Shown in pieces: positions 10,926 to 23,193 of a stretch of 64,000 bases of DNA. Under the pieces are notes generated by a model. That model did no database searches and was not told the DNA's origin. It was given only the letters and a program-made list of their open reading frames with translations. Source of the DNA: Paraphysomonas bandaiensis (Eukaryota; Protista; Chrysophyceae); NCBI GenBank assembly GCA_965644295.1, contig CBFFRP010000254.1:40000-103999 (forward strand), given 5' to 3'. Each line of letters begins with the position of its first letter. The stretch's first letter is position 1. A program made the position numbers and the translations under genes.

Positions 10926-13900
10926 GAGCCCGGTGCCGATCAAGACACGGTTGGGGGGGTTTTTGGTGGTTCAGTGCCAGAACGGACACGTTGGAGGGTT
11001 TTTTGCTTTTTTGGGGGGTTTTCTGATCATTCCAACATACAGCACACAAGCCCAAGTGTAGCTAACAAATCCATACATCAATTCGAATGTCTATCTTAAT
11101 AAGTCAAATATATCCACTTATTCAGTGATGAATTGTGATCCTGTATTGACTATGATGAGATATCATTTTACTTATGCACGTGATGGAACTCACAGAGGAA
11201 GGTCAAGTGTTTCCAGACTTTCAATCTATCATGAACCACATGCAACAGATAGCCAGTTGTGGAGGCACACGTACAGGAAAACAACTGCGACGCGATCCAC
11301 ATGTAGCTCAAGGAAGCAATAGAGTTACTATGATATGTATGAATCCAGCATGTGCTCTAAGATTATGTGCTCGGCGTAAGCGTGATAAAACATACTATAT
11401 GGATAGTGCTGCAAGTATTAAGGAGCATTATGTGTTGAACGAGGATGGTATGAGAATTCCTTGTGTCGTCTTCGGAAAAGCATCACAGGTTTATATATAT
11501 ATATATGAATGAACTTTTCATTATTCAGTTCTTCAAGAACGAGGTGTTGAACAATGAAAAGTTTGCAGTGATCATGAAGGATGTTGGAGTCGGTCCTCGT
11601 AATATTAGCACTACCCGCATTCAGGTGAGAACACACACACATCATTGCCATCATATACGAGCTATAATGTTCTTGTGATGCAAGGCATTTACTACTGTAA
11701 TTTTGTATGAAAATCTTATGATATGGGAGGGTGAGAGAATGCGCCATTTATTAGTATACCTACGCGTTTCTGTTCTCACCACTGAATACACAAATATATT
11801 AGTCGACACAAAGATATATCGCAATGTATAAAATATAAGTGCTCTTTTAACTAGCAACTTCTGTTGGTTGATGGCATAAATGCCACGCCCGATGTGGTTA
11901 AGAAAGCTGCAGCACTCAGTCGAATTCAAGTAGAAGACCAATTGGGCAGTTTTTCATTGCTAGAGCCATTTCTAGAGCTGTACAAAGAACAAAATCCCGG
12001 TGCTCATTACGAACTTCGCCGTAACGATATTACGGAGGAGTTTAATAGTTTAGCATTTGTTTTTCCATACGTTAAGAATTGCATTGAACACGAGTACCTG
12101 AGGCGCATATTTGGTCTGGATGTTTCTCATATGAAGAAGATTTCCCTACAGGGCGATATCATTATACGACCAATGTTTTTAACGGTTGTGAGTGGACGAA
12201 CCCTTGATAATCACATGATAGTATGTGGGTTTGCAATAACATTTGCTGAATGTAGAGACGACATAGACTTTTTGAATGCAGCTATGATAGAAGCTGGGGT
12301 CGTTCTCAATGATCCACGGAATACTATTTTGAGTGACCGAGGTACTGCTGAGATATCATTTCTACAGAGAAGTCTCCCGTTAGCCTTTGAATTTCATTGT
12401 GGAATTCATTTGGAAAGAAACTTGAAGAGCAAGGGATGGTCACATTGGTTGCCACTCTACTGGAAAGCACGCAATGCTCCAACTATCGTTGAACATATGA
12501 GATGTATGAGGTATGAGGTAAATGATTGCAATACAAGAGTAACATATATATACTTCTACTATAGTGTCATAGAATCTTCATGCAAACCGATGTATGAGTA
12601 CCTAAGCAAACTCAACAACTGGCAGTTATACCAAGCTGTGGACACAGGGCATATGTTGTACGATTGGAAGAGTGATAATATTGTTGAAGCAATCTTCGCA
12701 TGGTGCCGTGAAACAAGATTTCTGAATCCTTACATGTTTGTAAAGAAGTTTTTAGTTGATATATTAGAGAGTAATAACAGGCGGAAGGATGACATTGCTC
12801 GGTTGCAGACTGTACTCCATCCCCAAGCTGAACAACACTTTCATGTAATATCGCACGTGTAAATTGTGCAATAGTAAGCTTAATATGTTAGGTAATGTGT
12901 ATAATTGCTTACATTCTAATATTTTATACTTGATAGGATATACAGAAAAAAGTCAGACATTGTCCAATGGAGGTTCACATTCTCGATACTGTGAGCGAGC
13001 GAGGTATTGTGCATACCATCACGGATGCAGTGCATAGAAGCGAGTTGAGAAATGTGGACTTGTCTAAGCAGAAATGCGACTGTGGAAAGTATCAACAAAC
13101 AGGACTACCGTGTAAGGATGCGTGGTTCCTGCTTAAAGAGTTGTATCCGAATGGAATGCCACAAGACCTATTTTCGGAGAAATACTTTCATAAAGACTGC
13201 TTTACTATGAGAGTAAAAAATATGTTTGCAGACGTGCCTGAATTGTTAGGCACGATTCCCTCTACTTCAGAAGTTGATAATCGATTGCGATCCAAATCGT
13301 TTAGGACTATCAAAGCTCCTCTTGCTAATGATTCCAAGTCTTACAGGAGTTCGAAACGATTGACTAGTACCGGAGAAAGTTCTAGCAGGTGCTGTCAGAT
13401 ATATTTATTCTTATACATTTATAACGCACAACAGTTCTACTAGTCAGGCTTCATTCAAAAAGCAAAAGAAACAGTGTCCCGACTGTCACCAGTGGCTCTC
13501 GCGCAAGACGCTGCATCCCACCAGTGCATGTAGCAGGTATTGTATTCGAAATGGCATCAGTCCGCCTGAGGTTATTCTTTCCGGCTATATTGACGAGTTG
13601 AGTTACCCTGATGATATCGCTGAGCTATCAGAATCGCCTGCTGAAGAAACTGCAACACACTTTAGTTAGAAATCGGTTATGTATTCCATAATTTATGTGG
13701 CCGCATGTATATTATCGTTTAGTTGGGCAATTACATATCTTTAATTTTAACGAAATGTGTCTTTACTGTCGTTGAGTTGTTGCTCAGTGATAAAATTCAT
13801 GCACGGTAGTGTTTAGTGTTTTAAACTGTACTTGACTAGCTAGAACCTTTGTCATACTACTAATAATAAATGATCACATTAACCACTTCTTGTAATATTC

Positions 13901-14743
13901 TAGTTAGTTGAAATAACTTTTGTAATTCTGTGATAGCTAGATACTAGGGCTGATGTAAAAGAGTTTGAAAGTTGTCCTTATCTATACTCTATACAGTCAT
14001 TGAAAATTTACATGTCATACACCCTGATAATACTAAACTGAAACCAAGACTATACACACAGAACGGGGGGTAGGCGTCCTGGGGGCACAACAACATTACT
14101 TTAAAAGGAATAAAACAGCTATATCTTTTAGTGTGTAGTCAAAAGTCAAAAGAATATCAATACACGAATTACAATATCATTAACAGAAGCACACAAATTC
14201 ACTGTTATAAAAGTATACATAATACCAACAGTATGGAACTATTCAAGCAGCCACTAATCCACCTTCTACGAGTTACTTGTGCTCTTGCATGGCGCCATAA
14301 GATTCATTTGGCAACAAAGGCAGGGGATGTCAATCAAAGAAGATTATAGATATGCCAATATTTACTCATATATTTCTGATTCCTACACCTGTTCATCTGA
14401 AAGACTCCTATATTCGATCTCATCGGAGTATAAGAGTGGCTAGCAGGACTATGAATGCATGTTCTTCGAGATCTAGCAACTGCTCCACGTTGGCCTTTTA
14501 TAGCCCTAGCTGTGTCGATAGAGCATCGAGCTGGGTCCCTCGTCCAACTGGAAAGCCATTCACAGGGGAGTTGTGAACACAATGTACCTTCCTGCCTTCT
14601 ATATGTTGGCAGTGAGTGTGCTGTATGTTGGAAAGGAAAATGTCAGAAAACCCCCCAAAAAAGCAAAAACCCCTCCAATGTGTCCATTCTGGCACTGAAC
14701 CACCAAAAACCCCCCCAACCGTGTCTTGATCGGCACCGGGCTC
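10926..14743 (+). mobile_element. Complete Mutator-like (MULE) DNA transposon, 3818 bp
   Basis: ~120-bp TIRs (10926-11047 and 14616-14743, starting GAGCCCGGTGCCGATCAAGAC). Perfect 10-bp TSD CTGAATATGT (10916-10925 and 14744-14753). Internal transposase. Confidence 0.95.
11174..13669 (+). CDS. MULE transposase, multi-exon, with SWIM finger and C-terminal Cys/His knuckle
   Basis: DDE-type motifs GLDVSH, ILSDRG, FHCGIHLERNL and NIVEAIF; SWIM-like CDCGKYQQTGLPCKD; final exon CPDCHQW...HPTSAC, stop at 13667-13669; several GT-AG introns. Confidence 0.85.
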
Positions 14744-15073
14744 CTGAATATGTAGTGCTGATATAATAACTTCATGATCATTCAGCCAATCATATTGCGA
14801 GGAAAATTATATGTCATACTTCGTGAAAAATTATTATACATACATAATACAGATTGTATATATCGTATGTACTAACACTACAGCAGGATGTGTGTATCTG
14901 TATACCGTATACCGGTAGTATACATCGACATGGACATGTAGCTATACGGTAGAGGACTATGTACCTACAGTATGCTGTCTGTACACAGAGCTCTACCCCA
15001 TACACATACACATATATATAATAACACTATGTGGACAGAGTGTTTTAAACTCTCATCTAATAGCTTAATTTAG

Positions 15074-16562
15074 ATGACATCTCACCCAACATATTACCAA
15101 ACCATCACCTCACCCCCAGTATCCAAGGCTGAGATTATCGACCAGAGTTTTGAAGATGTAGCCTGTAAAATAAGACCTGTGGATGGACAGGAATCTGTGT
15201 GGTGCTTTAGAGAGCAGTGTGTTCCATGGTTCTCATGGATGACTCCTGTCGATAAAATATCAGCTTATTTGACAAGTATTTCAAGTTTATGCAGTGAGGG
15301 GTCGTACTGCCATATACTCAAACAGTGGAAAAGATATTTCGTTACAAGAGATGGAATCCTGTTGGAACTAGTGGAGGATGTGCCTGAAGCAGGTGGCCAG
15401 AACTGTCTGTGGGCAGCAGGACTTGTGATGGCCAGGTAGCCATATGCTAAGCGTTGATTGATATTTACCACTCCGAAGTTTTGCTTGTTTGTGCAATATA
15501 TTGCATGCGAATCAAGTTTATTGTCTATAACGAACTGACTGTTATGCCTAGGTATATGGACAATGCAACAAGAAGTGGACTTAGTTTGAATAAGAAGCGC
15601 GTGTTAGAGCTTGGAGCTGGTGCGGCATTACCAAGTATGGTGGCTGCACTGCATGGAGGTACTGGACTGTAGTGAAGTATAATACTGTAGTGGCTATTTC
15701 ATATCGCAATGACAGTGTGGTCATTATTGTGCGAGTAAGGTATTCGTAGTATTCGGACTGATAGAGATAGATATTATATGTGTTTTGTGAACAACCTTTG
15801 TTCTAAACATTAACATCCAGGTGTGGTTTATAGCACAGAGCAGAAAACGTGCATGAAGTATCTACAGGTGAGGCGCTGTCATATGCGATTGTTGTGTGAC
15901 GACAAGTTTTAAACTAGTATGTTCCTTGTGTATGTGAGTAGCTATTGTATTAGAAAAGTAGTGGACATTGCTTACGTGTCAACAACTTTTGATTCATAGT
16001 TTTGTGTGCTGAACAGGACAATCTTCGACTGAATCCTGTAGTAAAAGTACACGCACGCGAGCTTCATTGGACATCCCGCAGCGAAGAAGAAAAGTTTGAT
16101 ATTATTCTAGGTACAAAGTATACCTTTATTGTATGATAATATATAATGAGTTGTACGTCTGGCATAATATTGAATACACAATATTAATGAGATGGATAGA
16201 GTAATTGTTTAGAAATTCTGTTTGAATACATCTATGGGATGAGATATGCAGTGCTTTTTCTTTCCAGAGGTTATGAGGTATCTGATAATCACTGTCTTCT
16301 AGGGTGTGACATTACGTATGATGTTCATAACTTTGATGCTATATTTGAAACCGTGGAAAAGTGCTTATTGAAACATGGAATGCTTTTGATATGCCATGAT
16401 GATGATTCGTGTCCGTTGTCTAGCCGTGCTAAATGTGATCTTGAGAAGGCCGCTTTGAATATCGGGTTGTCTATGGAACCAGTAGTGTATCAGCACATCG
16501 TTGGACAGTCATATGTATCGCCTTCTATTAAAATGTGGAAGTTTTGTTTTATCAAACAGTGA
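15074..16562 (+). CDS. SAM-dependent methyltransferase, Methyltransf_16/METTL21-like, ~5 exons
   Basis: Spliced product contains GQNCLWAAGLVMARYM, KRVLELGAGAALPSMVAA, STEQ, ELHW and FDIILGCDITYD. Confidence 0.85.
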
Positions 16563-17476
16563 ATTAAATCCGTTGTACATTGCATAGATTTGAAATCAAT
16601 TTGAGATTTCGTAATAATGATATTAACAATTCGAACTGCGATGAAATTCGAAATGTGAACTGGTTTGAACCATACGGTGGTGCAATTAAGGTGAGCCTCA
16701 CTCTCTAGACTGTGGACGACGTTCTATCCATTCTGTAAATTGTAAACCAATACTGATTTACAGCTACGCGAAAATACTCTTCTACTTTTTGAGGACTAGT
16801 GTAAGTGTACATTGTGCTTATAACAGATTCAATCGACATTTCAATTGTATCTATCATCTCTCCCTACTTTTTACTCTCCATATCCGTCCGTCTTCTAATT
16901 TCCATATGATATTTCGGATTGCTAGTCTCTCTTACGAAGGAACTCCTCCTCATTCCATTCCGACTCATTCATATGCAGGCTGTCCTGCAAACTGAACTCA
17001 CTTGAATACATCCAGTAATTATGCTACTTACTAAAATTAGTGTCCACTACACTTGAGGACTCAAACATGATGAGCTCTTCTATCCAATATTAACTATTTT
17101 CGTAGCCAATGATTAAAGTAATGAATACAAAACTTCCTCGTATATACATGGTAATGTGATTAAACCTGTTATGATTGCATTGATGGTGATATATTGCCAT
17201 AGAGATGCATATATCGTAATCTTATCAAGATATGTGTCCCTATACGGTATACCATATCTAGATATACACAGTACCATATAGGAAATACCGTAACATGGTC
17301 ACATGCATGTACCAGTATACCGTATACTACAGTACTATATAGCCAATCACATGATCGAGATATCTCAGCCAATCATGCATCACTACACTGATATATCACC
17401 TTTATATGTGTCCCTACAGACACCATATACTACTATGCATAGACTGACACACTCATAACACAACATACATCTAGAC

Positions 17477-19078
17477 ATGGCCTCATATGAAGAGATTGTC
17501 TCTCTCTACAATCAGACATGTGATCTGATTGAATGCAATGGTTCAATTAATACAATAGAACATCAACTGAACACATGTATAAATAGTTTAAGAGATTTCT
17601 TAATTCCATTTGATAGCACCATTTCGACACTCTTATCTCGATCCCTCGTGCTTCTGGGACAGCTGATAGAGTGGCGAGATTATGAGCAAGCCAAGAGGTG
17701 TTATGAAGAGGCCATTGAGGTGGGGGGTGATACCTCTGAGGGTCATTTACAGCTGGCCCGGTGTATATGGAAGAAATCGTCCACATGGGAGGAATGGAAG
17801 ATAGTAGAGGATCATTTAATTCGATCAATTCAATGTGCGGAAAGTTGCGAAGGTGATGATGTGGCGCAGGAGTCTAAGCAACTACTTGCACGCTTGTACT
17901 GTCAGTCGAAAAGGGGTCCAGAAGCCTATCAACTACTGCACAGTATGGGATTCAAGTTCGCTCTCTCCGCAGCTATGTCAACTGGTCTGAGTTTACAACC
18001 TAGCACTCTACAAAGATCTAGGCGGCAACAGCAGCATATCGTGTGTGTGTATGATGACGTTCTCCCGAATGACCTTTTCAACTACGTAGTGTCGCTTTTT
18101 TCTCCTTCATCTATATTCTGGACCGCCCATCGATATGACTCTCCGAGCACAGGATTTTTCTCTTATCAACACCAACTCTGCCGATCTCCTCTCCTTGTAG
18201 ACAGTTCGGCTCCGTTTGATATAGTTTTGCACCACATATGGGGGGTCGTATGCGAAGGCATGCCTTCACTTCGTCGAGCTCGTTATGCTGAGTGGTGGGC
18301 TCACAGTCGTCCCCATTGTAATGGCCATAAGCTTCATTATGACTACGTATACTCGAATGGCAAGGTGAAGCACCCTATAGCCTCTTGTGTAACTTTTGTC
18401 ACTGCCGATTGTGGAGGTAGCACTTTGGTTCTCGATGAGACAATTTCACAGCCATATACTAGTAGAGGCTATCTTGTAAATCCGAAAGTTAATCGATGTG
18501 TGTGTTTCCGAGGTTCGCAATTACATTGTGTTCTACCAGGATCAGGCCCGAGCCCCAGCAAAGACGCTAAGAGAACTACCTTTATGATAGCATTTTGGGA
18601 AGAAGATCCGAAGGCCAAACATTTCCCGATAACAAGAGGTGGAGAAAGCGGAATAACAAAGCTGGGACGAAAGCCGCCTAATAGTCGAGTTAGGTCTAAT
18701 AAAGACGACCGGCACTCGTGGATTGATTTGTTTAGTAGCCCTCTAGATTCAACACAGAAGTGTGATGAAGCAGCAGGTGACAAAGTTGATCCTCGGTTCG
18801 GCTCATATGCAACTATGCGAAACGATGACGCTGTTATTTGCGTCGATGATGTCGCTATTAACTTGGATGACGTGTGTGGTGTGAATACGTCGACAACGAA
18901 ACGAAAGCGTTTCACTATGCCTCGGGTGTCACTTCTTGACGATAATGTTTTTGCGCACTTTGATGCGTTGAACAGTGGCCTCGTTCTTGCTGAGACAGGT
19001 GTGTGTAGTTTAAACTGCGGCGGAACTTGCGATGAATGTAGAGATCAATCGCGCAGCAATAGTGGTAGTCGTATTTAA
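17477..19078 (+). CDS. TPR-like N-terminus plus 2OG-Fe(II) oxygenase-like domain
   Basis: Helical repeats (LGQLIEWRDYEQAKRCYEEAI), then EWWAH...HKLHYD...GGSTLV...NRCVCFRGSQLHCV...RTTFMIAFW (HxD...H...R pattern). Confidence 0.7.
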   Translation: MASYEEIVSLYNQTCDLIECNGSINTIEHQLNTCINSLRDFLIPFDSTISTLLSRSLVLLGQLIEWRDYEQAKRCYEEAIEVGGDTSEGHLQLARCIWKKSSTWEEWKIVEDHLIRSIQCAESCEGDDVAQESKQLLARLYCQSKRGPEAYQLLHSMGFKFALSAAMSTGLSLQPSTLQRSRRQQQHIVCVYDDVLPNDLFNYVVSLFSPSSIFWTAHRYDSPSTGFFSYQHQLCRSPLLVDSSAPFDIVLHHIWGVVCEGMPSLRRARYAEWWAHSRPHCNGHKLHYDYVYSNGKVKHPIASCVTFVTADCGGSTLVLDETISQPYTSRGYLVNPKVNRCVCFRGSQLHCVLPGSGPSPSKDAKRTTFMIAFWEEDPKAKHFPITRGGESGITKLGRKPPNSRVRSNKDDRHSWIDLFSSPLDSTQKCDEAAGDKVDPRFGSYATMRNDDAVICVDDVAINLDDVCGVNTSTTKRKRFTMPRVSLLDDNVFAHFDALNSGLVLAETGVCSLNCGGTCDECRDQSRSNSGSRI

Positions 19079-19200
19079 TTCAATGTGAAAGCTGACAGTA
19101 CAAAGTTTAGCATGTTATTATAGTAGATAGTGCAATATATATTTCTTAACCAAGAACAGCAACATGATGAGAAATGCCTAATATAATATATAATTTTAAT

Positions 19201-19682
19201 TGTCAAGATATGACACAATTGGATGATTAGTACGTTAACTGGACGTGTATTCACTCATGAATCAAGTTAAGATAAGAGAAGATTATAATAAATATAATAA
19301 GCGATATATCACGTTACCTCTACTACCACTCATTTCTAGTACGATCTTACATCGTCATGATATCACTTCTCATAATACAGTTAACCACTACTGTATTCTC
19401 CAGTAACCGTCATAATTCCAATATCTTAGAATTACAGCTTTAATTGCCCAAAACAGCAAAACTCAACACTCCCTCTCAATTCAAAGCTGTACATTGAATT
19501 GTCAAACCACGAGTCATAACTGACGGATACGCAACCACCAAGACCTCATGAGCTGTACATTGAATCTTCACATCGCAAGACATAATTGACGGATACTATA
19601 TGTAGATTGAATCCTCACATCACGATACATAACTGACGGGCAGAATTACAGCTTTTAATTGCTCCAACGGCAAAACTCAACA
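19201..19682 (-). mobile_element. Internally deleted LTR retrotransposon (mini element) with 5-bp TSD
   Basis: TTAAT at 19196-19200 and 19683-19687; TG...CA ends. The ~40-bp LTR start is duplicated (19429-19468 vs 19642-19682). A minus-strand polypurine tract TTGAGAGGGAG (19469-19479) abuts TGTTGAG. Confidence 0.75.
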
Positions 19683-20292
19683 TTAATTACTATAGTGTGT
19701 GCTAATCTACCTGCAGTGAAAATAATATATCAGGGGGGCATTGAAGAGTGGTTGGAAAAGGACAACTGTATTAGTTCAAAATGTAGTACAAGTACTTGAG
19801 ACTTGAAAACACAATTTTTTTGAATTGGTTGAACGAAATAAAAAAATCAGGGCCTATCATTTATCTCACTGACATCATTTTTATCTCGCAGGTTCTCTTG
19901 TCCCCGTCCTCCTTCTGTTCACGGCTGCTGAAGTGGTACCGTGTACGCTGACACTCTGACTCTCACTACTCATGTGGCTCATCATCGCTGCATTATTCAT
20001 TGAGTCAATTATAAGTGACACTTATTATTGCCCCTTGTACCAGGCAAGCTTTTGGATATGAGTGGGCAGAACAATACCTGCTGACTATATATGCGGCCAT
20101 TAGATTCCCGGAGAAATATCTCCGGTACTTATCCCCCAGAACACCACACGAAAAGGTGCAAGTCCGTCTTTGTTGAGGGTAACCCTATATCTGTGAATGA
20201 CTTATGATCCACTTATATGGGACTTCATTGTTTACGGAGAGGAATGTTATTGTTCGTCGCGATATTTTTTTTACCAATGAAATCAAAGATAT

Positions 20293-23020
20293 CTGTTCAG
20301 AAATATTAGGTTTTATCTTAATATAAGATAGTATATGTGATATATATCATCAACTGAATTAATGATTGTATCTGTTGAAGATACCTTCAGTTATTCTTCT
20401 AACTATTCCGTTGTGTGAAAATTTTCTATATTGCTGTGTTCACTTTACACTCTAATAATCACAACATTCTTCGTACTATTACTAGGCTTAAATCTGCATT
20501 TGGTAGCGGATGTCAATTAAAGTTACAAGTTATGACTCAACCGACTCGGATTCGACAACCGACAATCGAAAAGATCAATGCCAAAATTCGATGCAAAGAA
20601 CTTTTTCAGGTGGCATAAGAAGTGCCGTGCTTGGTTCTATCGCAAGTCTAAGGTCGTTTATACTCTACTAAAAGATCCAATCGAGCCTGAAGCAGGAGAT
20701 AACACAGATGACGAGAACTACCACTATCGACTCGAACAATATCAGGATGCAAAACGATATTATGATGAAGGAAATAACAACCTATGGTCAGTCATTTCGA
20801 GCTATATCATTGATCAGAATAAAAACGCTGAAGGGATTTCGGAGAACGTCCCGATGGAGATGGTAAAACCACCTGGACCGATTTGTTGAACCACTTCAAG
20901 GAAAAAACGGCAAATGACGTAATCACTGATCTCATTGAACAATTCCAGATTCCGGTTGCACAGTCCCTATTACGCCTGAAGCCAGATACTCTACAAAGTA
21001 ATGTATTATGTTGAATGTCACACTGATATCCAAACAGCAAAATCAAGATCAACTACCTCTTCTTCAGGTCATGGAAGACTGGGTTTAATTCCTAATTGCA
21101 GTATGTAGACCACAAGCATCAAGAACCCTCATATCCATTAGCCATTTGGACGACCTTGGATGCAAAATTGTGTTCGAAAATCAGTCCGTTGAGATATAGT
21201 TAAAGACGGAATACTGTTTTCGAAAAGGCAGGGTAAGAGAGTTCTACTATCAGATCTCGGGACTTCTATTGACGAGTCTCACCTCGCCTCAACTGCTTCT
21301 GGACCACCTACAGTAGTCTTAGCACATAAAGGACTCGCACGCGCCTCCATCATAGGACTGATACAGAAAGCAATAAAATCTCGTCTGATAACCGGCGGTG
21401 TCAAGCTGATGAAGGAAGAGATGAGTGTTACCTCCCTACCTGGCGGTCTATGTGACGGATGTGCAAAAGGAAAATCCCATACTATAGGCGATAGCACAGA
21501 AAAGCCACCCGCCAGATGCTGGTTAAGAGAATGAGAACAATATTTAGAGAATGTACGATGAAAAGAAGAGTCTTGTTTATGCTGCTCTTCAGAAAGTCTT
21601 TATGGACAACTCATATCGGAAATGTTCAGCATGGTGGGGATGGTTAGAGTGCTTGGTGCAATCTCCTTGTTCATGTGGATCGTGCTACACCTTTACGTAC
21701 TACAGCCTTTAAGCATAGTTTTGGTGAAGCAAACATGATTCACCAGCTGTACTCTGGCTTTTGTGATCCGATACGAGATCAGCGAGTCAAAAGTATAGTA
21801 CAAGCCCTTAAGGATGGTCTTTCGTTGTTTGATGCTCCTCTTGCCAAAATTGAGAGGATTTTAGCTGATCAACCTTCTGTTGCTTTGGATGCGCCTAAAT
21901 CATCACGAAAGAGTTATTGTCGACATTGTCATAAGCATGTTTATCATAAGCCAGCCGATTGTTTTCGTAATCCCTCCAACCAGTCTTCCTCAACTTCTTC
22001 GAAACGTCAGAAACACAATAATCATGGTCCTCAATGTATTCTTTGTAGCAATCATGGCCATTATGCCCCGCAATATGCTCTCAAGGCCACAGGTCCAAAA
22101 ATTCCCCAAAATCAAGCTCGTCCAGGTGGTCCTCCCAAAGTGACGGGTTGATCTGAAATCTCCTTGGTTTTTGGGAAAAGAGGTGGGGCGTGATGTCCAG
22201 CTGCACGCTGTGGTTGAGCATGACGACCAGCTTGATTTTGGGGAATTTGCGGACCTGAGGCCTTGAGAGCATATATTGCGGAGCATAATGGCCATGATTG
22301 CTACAAAGAATACATTGAGGACCATGATTATTGTGTTTCTGACGTTTCGAAGAAGTTGAGGAAGACTGGTTTGAGGGATTACAAGGCTCTGGCACTGTTC
22401 TTCAAGCAGTGTCAGGTACATTTGTGGTGCTTTTATGTTATTCTTGCTTTTTTAGTATGTTTTTATTTGAGAAGGGAAGGTGCACGGTTTTCTAGTAGCG
22501 TCAGTCACTCGGGAGAAGAGTGCAAGGTAGATGGATGTGCTGGAAGAGTGCACACAATGGAGGGAAGGCATTGAAGTCGGCTTGAATTTTTGTAACAGAG
22601 TTTGGTAGACGTCTATTTCATGCGTCAGTATGAAAAATTGCACAGTGAGACCGCTTCGTGACCGTGGGAGGGCCCGTTGTTAGAGCTACTCTCCCTTCTA
22701 GACTACCTGCTGCTGTGAATAAGAACACCTTGAGGATCCTATACATCTGTGCTGCATATACAGGAGACATATGCCGAAGACACTGACCGCAAGTTGTTCC
22801 TGTTAGGAGCGTATGATCTGGCTTAAACATGCAACTCGTTGTATGCCCATGTAGCTAACTAAACACTAGCGTGTTGTTGTATGATGGCGCAGAGAATGTC
22901 AGATAACATATATCTAGACAGTGGATGTAACAAAATGATTCTCACCTCCAAGACACATATGTGAAACCTTGAGCGCGCTGATAGGCAGATGACCACAGCG
23001 AACAAAGGTACACTAATGAA
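20293..23020 (+). mobile_element. Degenerate, rearranged Ty1/copia retrotransposon
   Basis: LTR-like segment ending CTGCA (20498), then PBS-like TGGTAGCGG (20501). Gag start PKFDAKNFFRW; LISISHLDDLGCKIVFE (~21130); GAG-pre-integrase-like LAHKGLAR...CDGCAKGK (~21320-21480); Zn knuckles (~21915-22075); protease IYLDSGC (~22910). Many stops and frameshifts. Confidence 0.8.
21968..22382. repeat. Inverted duplication of ~155 bp (21968-22123 vs 22224-22382)
   Basis: The same NPSNQSSSTSSKRQKHNNHGPQCILCSNHGHYAPQY coding segment occurs on both strands, ~100 bp apart. Confidence 0.9.
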
Positions 23021-23193
23021 GCCCCAGAACCATAACAATCAACACAAATAAACTGCATTCACAATCGCATTAATTACATACTTTAATACTTCAGACACTT
23101 TTTACTTTTCTGACAAACCTGTAATAATAACTTCATCCATTCTATGAAATGCAAGCGACAAAACACACATTGCTATAATGGCACAATGGATAA

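Noticed and set aside
10813-11055. Similar peptides at 10813-11055(-) and 14455-14766(+)
   Set aside because: They are translations of the MULE TIRs, not genes.
5078-19078. Guanitoxin-like biosynthetic cluster (FAD enzyme, YqcI-like, methyltransferase, 2OG oxygenase)
   Set aside because: The methyltransferase is of the protein-methylating Methyltransf_16 type, the oxygenase carries TPRs, and PLP enzymes and a kinase are missing. Proximity in a compact genome is enough to explain it without co-expression data.
19731-20290. Possible DNA-transposon end (CAGGGGG...) with decayed minus-strand ORF
   Set aside because: No partner TIR, TSD or diagnostic motif found.
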